Source of the DNA: Pseudomonadota bacterium
GTDB taxonomy: Bacteria; UBA10199; 2-02-FULL-44-16; JAAZCA01
Assembly (NCBI GenBank): GCA_043822785.1
Contig: JBDRBN010000015.1
Span: 1-22,938 of the forward strand
DNA: 22,938 bases
Direction of reading: 5' to 3'
Positions 8,898 to 17,221 of the stretch are shown piece by piece. The stretch's first letter is position 1. Each line of letters starts with the position of its first letter. Below the pieces are notes generated by a model. The model ran no database searches and was not told where the DNA came from. It saw only the letters and a program-made list of their open reading frames with translations. Made by a program: the position numbers and the translations under genes.

Positions 8898-9914
8898 ATG
8901 ACCAAACTATTTGCAAATTTTAAAAATAACATCCTAGAGAACAAGCTTCTCTCCAATGGCGAAAGGGTCGTGGCATCAGTTTCAGGCGGCATCGATTCTA
9001 TGGTCATGCTCGATATGCTCGTAAGACTCTCCCACACAATGAAATTAGATATGACAGTTGCGCATGCAAACCACGGCCTCAGGGGCAAGGCATCTGATGC
9101 TGACGAAGAATTGGTAAAAGAAACAGCAGCATGCCTCAATATACTTTGCGAAGTGGAAAGACTAACTCCTCCAAAAAACAAAAATGTCCAGGATGCGGCG
9201 CGCACTCTCAGACAAGGGTTTTTAAAGCGAATTGCTAAAAAACACGCCATAAGTGCAGTGTGTTTAGGGCATCATCAGGGAGATCAAGCTGAAACAATCC
9301 TTCTACATCTTATAAGGGGCTCATCGCTTGCTGGGCTTAGGGGCATGAGCTCTATATCGTATATTAGTGAGTTGAGACTCGTGCGGCCTATGCTATTCGC
9401 ATCGCGAGCAGATATTGAGGAATATGCGACCAAGAGGCACATAGCATTCCGCGAGGATGCCACAAATTTGAAAACATGTTATCGACGCAACGAAATTCGG
9501 CATACGCTTATGCCGTTGATACGCGAGTTGAACCCTCGCATTGAGACCAGGCTTTCTTTCATGGCCGAGCTTATTGCAGAGGATGATGATGCATTGGAGG
9601 CAATTGCAGAGGCTTTTTTTGATGAAACTCTTGTGTCAGAGGCAAAAGACCAAATCTCCCTTAACAGAAAGTTATATCTTACGATGCCAGCAGCCATAAG
9701 GCGCCGCATATTAAAGCTTGCTTATACGAATCTTACCGGAAGCAGCGCAGATCTCAATTCAGATCAGCTTACGCGCATGGACCAGATCGCATTATCTAGC
9801 CATCCCAGAGGGGAATACAGGCTTCCTGCGCCATGGCAGTTCATACGAGAGGGCGAGTTTTTACGCATGACTGCGAGACAGGCGAGACCAGCGAGAAAAG
9901 CCAGCAAGGTTTAG
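8898..9914 (+). CDS. tilS: tRNA(Ile)-lysidine synthetase, short form without the distal C-terminal domain
   Basis: PP-loop SGGIDS, HANHGLRG, GHHQGDQAET, RPML, EDATN and RNEIR. Lies upstream of ftsH. Confidence 0.93.
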   Translation: MTKLFANFKNNILENKLLSNGERVVASVSGGIDSMVMLDMLVRLSHTMKLDMTVAHANHGLRGKASDADEELVKETAACLNILCEVERLTPPKNKNVQDAARTLRQGFLKRIAKKHAISAVCLGHHQGDQAETILLHLIRGSSLAGLRGMSSISYISELRLVRPMLFASRADIEEYATKRHIAFREDATNLKTCYRRNEIRHTLMPLIRELNPRIETRLSFMAELIAEDDDALEAIAEAFFDETLVSEAKDQISLNRKLYLTMPAAIRRRILKLAYTNLTGSSADLNSDQLTRMDQIALSSHPRGEYRLPAPWQFIREGEFLRMTARQARPARKASKV

Positions 9915-9945
9915 CCACGTTTCTCGCATGTCTCGCCTTTCTCGC
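9873..9945. repeat. Nonamer GCGAGANNN direct repeats and their inverted copies
   Basis: GCGAGA at 9873, 9882 and 9891; TCTCGC three times at 9922-9945. Confidence 0.75.
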
Positions 9946-10027
9946 AAGTATTATTAAAACTTGCTTCTCGCTCATTTATTAGATATTTACAGTGGATTCT
10001 GTTAAAATTCACTTGGAGGTACGTAAG

Positions 10028-11965
10028 ATGCCTGTAGAGAGAAAACGTCCAGATGGCCCAAAGCAGACGCATAAGACTATAGCGCTATGGCTTGTCATAG
10101 TGCTCATGGTCATAGCTGTTTTGCATATAATGAATCAGCCCATGGAAACGCAGGAAAAGGTTAGCTTTTCTGATTTTATGGCTGCTGTTGAGTCAAATGA
10201 GATCGAATCCGTAACCATCCAAGAAGACGAATATCGTGGCAAGTTCAAGCCAGGCTACAGAAAAGGCATTCACTTTGAGACCATAGGCCCGATAGATAGC
10301 GAAAGGGCGCTAGACCTTCTTTCCAAGTCTGATACCAAGATCGAATACATGAAAAAGAGGGAGACACCACTGTGGCAGAGTATCCTCATCTCCTGGCTGC
10401 CCATGCTTTTGCTTTTTGGCTTTTTCTTCTTCTCCATGCGCCAGATACAGGTAGGTGGCGGCAAGGCTATGAGCTTTGGCCGCAGCAAGGCAAAGCTTTT
10501 GGCTGAGAGCCAGAAGAGGGTAACTTTTGCAGACGTGGCTGGCGTTGAAGAAGCCAAGGACGAGCTCAGAGAGATCATCGCGTTTTTGCGCGAGCCAAAG
10601 AAGTTTACAGTCCTGGGCGGTCGCATTCCAAAAGGCGTTTTGCTCATGGGACCTCCAGGCTCGGGAAAAACACTTCTTGCCAGAGCCGTAGCAGGTGAGG
10701 CTGCTGTTCCGTTTTTCTCGATTTCAGGCTCTGAATTTGTAGAGATGTTCGTTGGTGTGGGTGCAGCGCGCGTGCGCGATCTGTTCGAACAGGGGAAAAA
10801 GAATGCTCCATGCATCGTGTTCATAGACGAGATCGATGCAGTAGGCAGACATCGCGGAGCAGGGCTTGGCGGTGGCCATGACGAACGCGAGCAAACTCTC
10901 AACCAGCTGCTCGTTGAGCTGGATGGATTTGAATCTAATGAAGGCGTTATCATAATGGCAGCCACCAACCGACCCGATGTGCTGGATCCTGCGCTTCTTC
11001 GGCCCGGCAGATTTGATCGGCGCGTAGTTGTACCCCGGCCTGATGTGGTTGGCCGCGAGGCAATCCTCAAGGTTCACACTGCAAACAAGCCTTTAGATTC
11101 TCATGTAGATCTCTCAACAATTGCCAGAGGCACGCCAGGCTTTTCTGGCGCTGATCTTGAGAGCGTGGTTAATGAAGCAGCGCTCATTGCTGCGCGCTTT
11201 AATAAAAAGCTTATCGAGATGACTGATTTTGAGCTGGCAAAAGATAAGGTGCTAATGGGCTCAGAGAGAAAGAGCCTTATAATCTCTGAAGACGAGCGCC
11301 GCAATACAGCTTATCATGAGGCAGGTCATACGCTTGTGGCAAGGCTTATCCCGGGAACAGATCCTATTCATAAAGTTACAATTATCCCTCGAGGCGTAGC
11401 GCTTGGTCTTACACAGCAACTTCCTACTGATGATCGGTATACGCAAAACAAAGATTTTTGCATAAACAGCGTCTCAATACTTATGGGCGGACGTGCAGCA
11501 GAGGAGCTGGTCTTTAATCAGCCCACCACAGGCGCAGGCAACGATATTGAGCGGGCTACAGAGCTTGCAAGAAAGATGGTGTGTGAGTGGGGCATGAGCG
11601 AAAAGCTTGGGCCATTGGCATTTGGAAAGCGCGAAGAGCAGATATTCTTAGGCAGAGAAATTGCACAGCATGCTGACTACAGCGAAAAGACAGCTCAGGA
11701 TATTGATGGTGAGATAAAGCACATCGTCACAGAGAGCTACGAGAAAGCAAAGTCCTTGCTAACCGAACATAAAGAACAGCTAGAACTTTTGGCACAGGCA
11801 CTTCTTGAACACGAATCTCTATCTGGCAATGAAATCGATAAGGTGATGCGCGGTGAGAAGATCGTAAAAAAGAAGGCTCAATCAGAGCATAATACCGAGC
11901 CTCAAACCAAGGAGCAAAACCAAACAGCAGCTCAAGGCAAGAAGCCTGCAACACAGATCACATGA
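10028..11965 (+). CDS. ftsH: ATP-dependent zinc metalloprotease FtsH
   Basis: Two TM helices, Walker A GPPGSGKT, Walker B FIDEID, SRH region and HEAGH. Start at ATG 10028 after GGAGGT. Confidence 0.97.
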   Translation: MPVERKRPDGPKQTHKTIALWLVIVLMVIAVLHIMNQPMETQEKVSFSDFMAAVESNEIESVTIQEDEYRGKFKPGYRKGIHFETIGPIDSERALDLLSKSDTKIEYMKKRETPLWQSILISWLPMLLLFGFFFFSMRQIQVGGGKAMSFGRSKAKLLAESQKRVTFADVAGVEEAKDELREIIAFLREPKKFTVLGGRIPKGVLLMGPPGSGKTLLARAVAGEAAVPFFSISGSEFVEMFVGVGAARVRDLFEQGKKNAPCIVFIDEIDAVGRHRGAGLGGGHDEREQTLNQLLVELDGFESNEGVIIMAATNRPDVLDPALLRPGRFDRRVVVPRPDVVGREAILKVHTANKPLDSHVDLSTIARGTPGFSGADLESVVNEAALIAARFNKKLIEMTDFELAKDKVLMGSERKSLIISEDERRNTAYHEAGHTLVARLIPGTDPIHKVTIIPRGVALGLTQQLPTDDRYTQNKDFCINSVSILMGGRAAEELVFNQPTTGAGNDIERATELARKMVCEWGMSEKLGPLAFGKREEQIFLGREIAQHADYSEKTAQDIDGEIKHIVTESYEKAKSLLTEHKEQLELLAQALLEHESLSGNEIDKVMRGEKIVKKKAQSEHNTEPQTKEQNQTAAQGKKPATQIT

Positions 11966-12780
11966 ACATCTGTACGATTCCCATCCAAAATAATCATTGT
12001 GCCCTCATGGGCATAGTAAATGTCACGCCTGATTCGTTTTCAGACGGAGGCAAATTTCTCGATGGTTCCAAGGCAGTGGAGCACGCGCTACAGCTTGCAA
12101 AAGAGGGTGCGGATATCATCGATATAGGAGGGGAGTCCACGCGCCCTGGCGCTCTACCTGTTTCTACTGATGATGAGCTGGCGCGCGTAATACCTGTGAT
12201 CGAGGGCATAAGGCGAAAAAGCGGGATTCCTATATCCATAGATACTACTAAATCAGCTGTAGCAAAGGCAGCGCTTCATGCCGGCGCTAACATGATAAAC
12301 GACATAAGCGCCGGCCGATTTGACCCTGAGATGTTTTCTTTGGCAGCCCATACACAAGTGCCCATTTGCCTTATGCACATGAAGGGCACGCCAAGCACCA
12401 TGCAGAAAGATCCGCATTATGATGATGTAATGGTTGAAATCATATCTTTTTTAAAAGAATCCATAGAATTAGCAGAAAAAGTTGGGGTAAAGCGCGAGAT
12501 GATCATGGTCGATCCTGGCATTGGGTTTGGCAAGACAGTGGAAGATAATCTTATAATTCTTAAGAGGTTAGGGGAGCTCAAAAAGCTCGGTGTCCCAATC
12601 GTCATCGGCACCTCAAGAAAATCCTTTATTGGTAAGGTGTTAGATGTCGATATAGAGAATCGACTTGAAGGAACCCTCGCCACTTTAGCAGCCTCAATCC
12701 AAGCTCGTGCAAAGGTACTTCGCGTCCACGATGTCGCAGCTGCAAAACGCTTTGTCACCATGTACTTAGCGTGTCTCTAA
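11962..12780 (+). CDS. folP: Dihydropteroate synthase
   Basis: [37 protein letters not shown] and RVHDV. ATGA overlap with ftsH. Confidence 0.97.
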   Translation: MNICTIPIQNNHCALMGIVNVTPDSFSDGGKFLDGSKAVEHALQLAKEGADIIDIGGESTRPGALPVSTDDELARVIPVIEGIRRKSGIPISIDTTKSAVAKAALHAGANMINDISAGRFDPEMFSLAAHTQVPICLMHMKGTPSTMQKDPHYDDVMVEIISFLKESIELAEKVGVKREMIMVDPGIGFGKTVEDNLIILKRLGELKKLGVPIVIGTSRKSFIGKVLDVDIENRLEGTLATLAASIQARAKVLRVHDVAAAKRFVTMYLACL

Positions 12781-12789
12781 AAAAACCAT

Positions 12790-12816
12790 GCAACAATCTC
12801 GTTTTTGGTTCGATAA
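12790..12816 (+). promoter_or_regulatory. Possible sigma28/FliA-like promoter
   Basis: GCAA-N15-TTCGATAA versus consensus TAAA-N15-GCCGATAA, upstream of the small ORF. Confidence 0.3.
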
Positions 12817-12851
12817 TAAGGTCGTAGTTGGGGGAGAAAGGTAATGTCGCG

Positions 12852-13055
12852 ATGCTACCAATAATAGTAGGAGTAGGTGCTGTTCTGGGATACGTCTATA
12901 AGGATGAAATTCAGGACTACCTCAATGATATGGAAAAGAACGATTCATCTGATGATAAATGCGATGACTATGATCCACATGCAATACTGACTGGTGTTTC
13001 TATTCCTGATGAGTGCAAAAATACTACGCCTAGCATGTTTAGAAACTGGTTTTAA
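12852..13055 (+). CDS. Small hypothetical membrane-anchored acidic protein
   Basis: Hydrophobic N-terminus MLPIIVGVGAVLGYVY, acidic tail with two Cys. The alternative start is TTG 12828. Confidence 0.55.
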   Translation: MLPIIVGVGAVLGYVYKDEIQDYLNDMEKNDSSDDKCDDYDPHAILTGVSIPDECKNTTPSMFRNWF

Positions 13056-13087
13056 CAGCATCTTCAAAATAATAATCCATAAACCCG

Positions 13088-13125
13088 GCCGATAAGCTAA
13101 AAATCTCGCTTATCGGCTGTTTTTT
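13088..13125 (+). terminator. Intrinsic terminator between convergent genes
   Basis: Perfect 10-bp stem GCCGATAAGC/GCTTATCGGC followed by TGTTTTTT. Confidence 0.6.
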
Positions 13126-13510
13126 ATCTGATGGAAATCACACTCTTTGTGGGATGGAGGCACCAATCGAATTGGCTTAAAAGGTTCATGCCGATCAATC
13201 CGTCGATATTATATCGTGGTGGTAGGTCCAATGCAGCCACTTCAAAATCCTCAAATCTCTTTCCAAACACCTCGAGAGCCTTAATCTTGAGACGATATCC
13301 CTTCTCCTTTCCAATCACAGATTCTGTGCTAAAAGGCTCTGTGGCATCTCTTGCAGAATATCCCAGTGCATCTATTCGAGGGGTTCTAATGATAGTCATA
13401 TAAGCCCCCGTATCTATAATAAATCTACCTGAAAATTGGAGGAGTTTGCCCGTAATAGTCGCAGAGATAAAAGGCACACCTTTTAGGAGTTCGTATTTGA
13501 AATCTGCCAT
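13124..13510 (-). CDS. Retropepsin-like (clan AA) aspartic protease
   Basis: FIIDTGA catalytic motif and DGLIGMNLL C-terminal motif in a single 128-aa domain. Confidence 0.88.
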   Translation of the reverse strand: MADFKYELLKGVPFISATITGKLLQFSGRFIIDTGAYMTIIRTPRIDALGYSARDATEPFSTESVIGKEKGYRLKIKALEVFGKRFEDFEVAALDLPPRYNIDGLIGMNLLSQFDWCLHPTKSVISIR

Positions 13511-13749
13511 AAGATGGGACCCACGGGATTATCAGGAAGAACATCTCCTGTGTATCTGATATCAACGCATTTATGAAGATGGCTTTTCTTAAGTTGTCCT
13601 GTAAATTCAGTCTCATCAGGATTGTGAGTGATAACTTCTCCACAAATAGCCCCAAAAGGGGATTCCGTGTCACCTTCAGGGTCAATTATTGCAACCCATT
13701 CATTTGGATAGGTCTTTTTCATCTCTTCCCAACTCATCTTTACACCCAT
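13483..13749 (-). CDS. Small hypothetical protein (DUF5678-like) coupled to the protease
   Basis: ATG 13749 after GGAGGT. Motif MSWEEMKKTYPNEWVAI...GEVITH. Overlaps the protease start by 28 nt. Confidence 0.72.
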   Translation of the reverse strand: MGVKMSWEEMKKTYPNEWVAIIDPEGDTESPFGAICGEVITHNPDETEFTGQLKKSHLHKCVDIRYTGDVLPDNPVGPILWQISNTNS

Positions 13750-13859
13750 ATAACCTCCAACAAACAACAGTATAAGCGCGTTTTAACACGCAAGTCGAGA
13801 GTATTATACGTTTCCGTTTGCGTGCCTGGCATATATGGACCCGACCTAAGTGCAAGTGA

Positions 13860-14060
13860 AATCGCGAAGGGTGGTAAGGTAAAGTGCAGACATATATTCG
13901 GCCCTTGTGAGAGCGATATATCATTTAGGTAACGCTCTCTGGCCCTGATGGAATCTGCGCTCTCCACCACCTCAATCACCGGTTAGGTCCTCATGCTTCT
14001 GACCGTGCCAGGCACCAGGTCTGGGAAGAGCAGGGCTTACCAATTAACCATCATTGCGAT
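13860..14060 (-). ncRNA. Predicted seekRNA / bridge RNA of the IS1111 element (boundaries approximate)
   Basis: Donor loop GCAGA-TTCCATCAG-GGCC...GGCC-GAATATATG-TCTGC (13886-13958). Target loop with GTGCCTGGCAC (14005-14015) and ACCGGTG (13977-13983), which match the IS flanks. Confidence 0.78.
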
Positions 14061-14157
14061 TTCTTTGCTGCACCTCCTGGGTAGGTTCTTTTGCCAATTC
14101 CAATCGTTTATATTCACTTCTACTCTTTGCTCACAACTCCTTGCTGTATATATCTTC

Positions 14158-15231
14158 TTATGCTGCTTCCTGAATTAAATTCCTGTCTGCCGGTGGTTTG
14201 GCCAACACCGTTTTTCCCTCACGATATTTTTTGAGCATAGCGAAACACATCCGCGCATTCTTATTGGCTAAAGCTACACATGCCTTGTTATATCCTCGCC
14301 GTTCAGCTAACCGCTTAACCCATCTATTATATCCTTCTGATCGTCCTTGCGCATGTCGCAGCACCACACGGGCTCCATGGATCAAAAGCATGCGTACATA
14401 TCTATCTCCTCGTTTGCTGATCCCTTTTATCCGTATCTTGCCGCCGCTGCCTTCATGCCGTGGAACCAACCCCAAATACGCCGAAAGCTGACGACCATTC
14501 CTAAATTGATTTATATCTCCAATTGTTGCCACCAATGCCGTTGCTGTAATCGGCCCCACTCCGCTAACCATTTTCACCACCTTGCATTCCTCTCGATCCT
14601 TGGACACCTGCATGATCTTTCTGTCATAAATATCTATTCGACTTTCCATTTCCATCAACTCCGTCAGAAGCTCTTGAACTAATTGGACCATCACTCCTGA
14701 TATACCCTCAGCATCCTTTGATAAAAAATCTGCCACCCGCTCTGGCAGCAAAGCAGCTCTCCGGGAAAACACGATGCCGTATTCCTGCAGCAAACCCCGT
14801 AGCTCGTTGATCAAAGCTGTCCGACTCTTCATCAACCGAGCCCTTACTCGATGTACGCTAAGTATATCCTGCTGCCATTCCTCCTTTACTCCAACAAACC
14901 GCATCCCTGGTCGCATTCCAGCTTCCACTATCGCCTCTGCATCCGCCTTGTCGCTCTTGTTGGTCTTCACAAACGGCTTCACAAACTGTGGTGCTATCAG
15001 CTTTACCTCATGACCCATCTCTCTAAATCTCCGTGCCCAATAATTAGATCCACCACACGCCTCCATCACTACTCTCGTCTTCGGAAGATTCTCCATAAAT
15101 GCTATCAATTCCCCTCGGGAAAGCTTCTTTCGTACAAGCGCCTTTCCGCTTGCATCAACTCCGTGTATTTGAAATACACTCTTAGCTAAATCGATACCTA
15201 CGATTTCCAATCTTTCTGCTGATCTTTTCAT
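14158..15231 (-). CDS. IS110 family recombinase/transposase
   Basis: DEDD residues in GIDLAK, VMEACG and KSDKADA. C-terminal GVGPITA, AYLGLVP..GSGG (catalytic Ser), ISKRGD and ALANKNAR. Frame is intact with a GGGAGG RBS. Confidence 0.97.
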   Translation of the reverse strand: MKRSAERLEIVGIDLAKSVFQIHGVDASGKALVRKKLSRGELIAFMENLPKTRVVMEACGGSNYWARRFREMGHEVKLIAPQFVKPFVKTNKSDKADAEAIVEAGMRPGMRFVGVKEEWQQDILSVHRVRARLMKSRTALINELRGLLQEYGIVFSRRAALLPERVADFLSKDAEGISGVMVQLVQELLTELMEMESRIDIYDRKIMQVSKDREECKVVKMVSGVGPITATALVATIGDINQFRNGRQLSAYLGLVPRHEGSGGKIRIKGISKRGDRYVRMLLIHGARVVLRHAQGRSEGYNRWVKRLAERRGYNKACVALANKNARMCFAMLKKYREGKTVLAKPPADRNLIQEAA

Positions 15232-15340
15232 TGGGCCCTCCCTTGTCGGGTTGTGTGAATGATAACAGCTTTTCCATCATTCTGGCTATAATGAGCCGCC
15301 TCCCCAGGCAAGGGTCGGGTCCATTCCATTACCGATGATC

Positions 15341-15378
15341 AATTTGCTCCGTCATAATATAAAATTTGCTCCGTCATA
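15341..15378. repeat. Tandem 16-bp repeat AATTTGCTCCGTCATA
   Basis: Identical copies at 15341-15356 and 15363-15378; same core as at 136, 210 and 250. Confidence 0.85.
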
Positions 15379-15501
15379 CGATTTCTTCGGAAACGGACGC
15401 GGAAGGGGAAACTGGTCGGAACCTATCTATTTACTTGATATCTATGCAATTTTCCTATAAGCAAGCACGGTTTAGGCAAAACCCTCCTAGGGGGAGACAT
15501 C

Positions 15502-16884
15502 ATGAGCATAACATCTCGTACTATATTCGGTACTGACGGCGTAAGGGGCAGGGCAAACTGCTCTCCAATGGATCCTGACATGGCTCTATCTCTGGGCCGG
15601 GCAATTGCCTCGCTTTTTGAAAACGGCAGCCACAAGCACAGAATAGTAATCGGCAAAGACACAAGGCTCTCAGGCTACATGATCGAGACAGCCCTTGCTT
15701 CGGGCATCTGCTCCATGGGTGCTGATGTAATGCTCGTGGGCCCGCTTCCTACGCCAGGCATCGCCTTCATAGCCCGCAGCATGCGCGCTGATGCTGGCGT
15801 GGTCATCTCTGCCTCTCATAACCCCTATGACGACAACGGTATCAAGTTCTTTGACAAAGACGGCTTTAAACTCCCTGATCAGCTGGAGCTTAGGATGGAA
15901 GAGTTTATAAAGAACGAGATGTCAAAAGCGCAAAAGCCCACAGGCGATATAATTGGCAGAGCTCATCGAATAGATGACGCCAGCGGCAGATACATTCAAT
16001 TCTTAAAAGACGGTTTTCCATATCGCCTAACCCTTGAGGGCATGCGCCTTGTTGTGGATTGCGCAAATGGAGCTGGCTACAAGGTTGCACCTGAAGTCTT
16101 TGCCGAGCTCGGAGCAGAGGTCATTGAGCTTGGCACCCGTCCTGACGGAATCAACATAAATAAAGAGTGCGGGTCCCTTAATCCAGAGCGTATGTGCGAG
16201 CTTGTGCGCAAGGTGGGCGCCAATGCGGGCATAGCCCTAGATGGCGATGCAGATAGGGTCATCATGTGCGACGAGAAGGGCGACGTGGTGGACGGCGATG
16301 TTATCATGGCTCTGGCTGCAAAGGATATGATGTCTCGCGGCAAGCTTAAAAAAAATACGCTCGTTGCCACTATAATGAGCAACCTGGCTCTAGATAGAAC
16401 CATGCACGACTTGGGCATAAGCGTCGTGCGTACAAAAGTGGGCGACCGCTATGTAATAAGTACAATGCGCGATGGCGGCTTTAATCTGGGCGGCGAGCAA
16501 TCCGGCCACCTCATCTTCCTGGATTGCAATACCACAGGCGATGGCATCATGGGCGGTCTCAAGATACTGGCCATCATGCTGAGGGAAGCTAAACCCCTTT
16601 CAGAATTGGCCCGCATATTCGAGCCTTATCCTCAGGTGCGAGTGGATGTGGAAGTTCTCAGGAAATGTGCATTTGATGAAATACCAGAAATAGCGCGAGC
16701 TATTGAGTTATACAAGGGGGAGCTGGGCAATGAAGGCCGTCTGATAGTGCGCTATTCAGGCACAGAAAACATCGCCCGCGTCATGGTCGAGGGCGAAAGA
16801 GCAGACCGCATAGGAACTATGGCTAAGGATATGGCAGGACTGATACGTACGCATCTTGGGAACGAAGCAAGGGAGATAAATTGA
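15502..16884 (+). CDS. glmM: Phosphoglucosamine mutase
   Basis: FGTDGVRG, GKDTRLSGY, SASHNP, DGDADR, GGEQSGH and RYSGTE. Confidence 0.97.
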   Translation: MSITSRTIFGTDGVRGRANCSPMDPDMALSLGRAIASLFENGSHKHRIVIGKDTRLSGYMIETALASGICSMGADVMLVGPLPTPGIAFIARSMRADAGVVISASHNPYDDNGIKFFDKDGFKLPDQLELRMEEFIKNEMSKAQKPTGDIIGRAHRIDDASGRYIQFLKDGFPYRLTLEGMRLVVDCANGAGYKVAPEVFAELGAEVIELGTRPDGININKECGSLNPERMCELVRKVGANAGIALDGDADRVIMCDEKGDVVDGDVIMALAAKDMMSRGKLKKNTLVATIMSNLALDRTMHDLGISVVRTKVGDRYVISTMRDGGFNLGGEQSGHLIFLDCNTTGDGIMGGLKILAIMLREAKPLSELARIFEPYPQVRVDVEVLRKCAFDEIPEIARAIELYKGELGNEGRLIVRYSGTENIARVMVEGERADRIGTMAKDMAGLIRTHLGNEAREIN

Positions 16885-16889
16885 TCAAA

Positions 16890-16990
16890 ATTCCAAGCAC
16901 CAAATACCAAATTCCAAATAAGCTCCAAATTCCAATGACCAAAACTTCAAATTAAAGAGGTTTTGTTTGGAATTTGGAGTTTGGAATTTG
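16890..16990. repeat. CCAAATW heptamer array and inverted TTTGGAA array
   Basis: CCAAGCA CCAAATA CCAAATT CCAAATA... then TTTGGAA TTTGGAG TTTGGAA TTTG. Related units resume after the MITE at about 17180-17200. Confidence 0.8.
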
Positions 16991-17178
16991 CACTGCTGTC
17001 GCGTTAGAACTGCTTGTTTTTTATGGATGTCATTGCGAGCAAAGCGAAGCAATCCCCTTATAACCTGTGTTTGCGGGAGATTGCTTCGTCGCTAAACGCT
17101 CCTCGCAATGACACCTAGACATGAGAAAAATGAATTCTTATATTTCAACCAGTTAACACCTCTAACGCAACAACAGTG
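16991..17178. mobile_element. MITE, 188 bp, with 18-bp terminal IRs and an internal REP-like hairpin
   Basis: CACTGCTGTCGCGTTAGA (16991-17008) and TCTAACGCAACAACAGTG (17161-17178), 16/18 match. Internal palindrome at 17029-17112. Near-identical inverted copy at 22804. Confidence 0.85.
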
Positions 17179-17221
17179 AGAAATTGGATATTAGAAATTA
17201 GATCAGGAATTTTAGGATATT

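Larger units (their letters stand above)
13832..15331 (-). mobile_element. Complete IS110-family element, IS1111 subgroup (~1.5 kb)
   Basis: Perfect 12-bp subterminal IR ATGGACCCGACC (13835-13846 / 15313-15324). The left end TAATGGA lies 7 nt outside the IR and the right end ATA 3 nt outside. No target duplication; long non-coding region 3' of the transposase. Ends are uncertain by about 1 nt. Confidence 0.92.

Noticed and set aside
9992..10027. GTG start for ftsH
   Set aside because: ATG 10028 has a well-spaced GGAGGT RBS
10270..11070. 266-aa antisense ORF and the other short antisense or off-frame ORFs within core genes
   Set aside because: Shadow frames of well-supported genes with no recognisable motifs
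13700..14178. Short ORFs in the IS non-coding region
   Set aside because: They overlap the structured guide RNA region or cross the IS boundary or transposase end, and show no protein-like features
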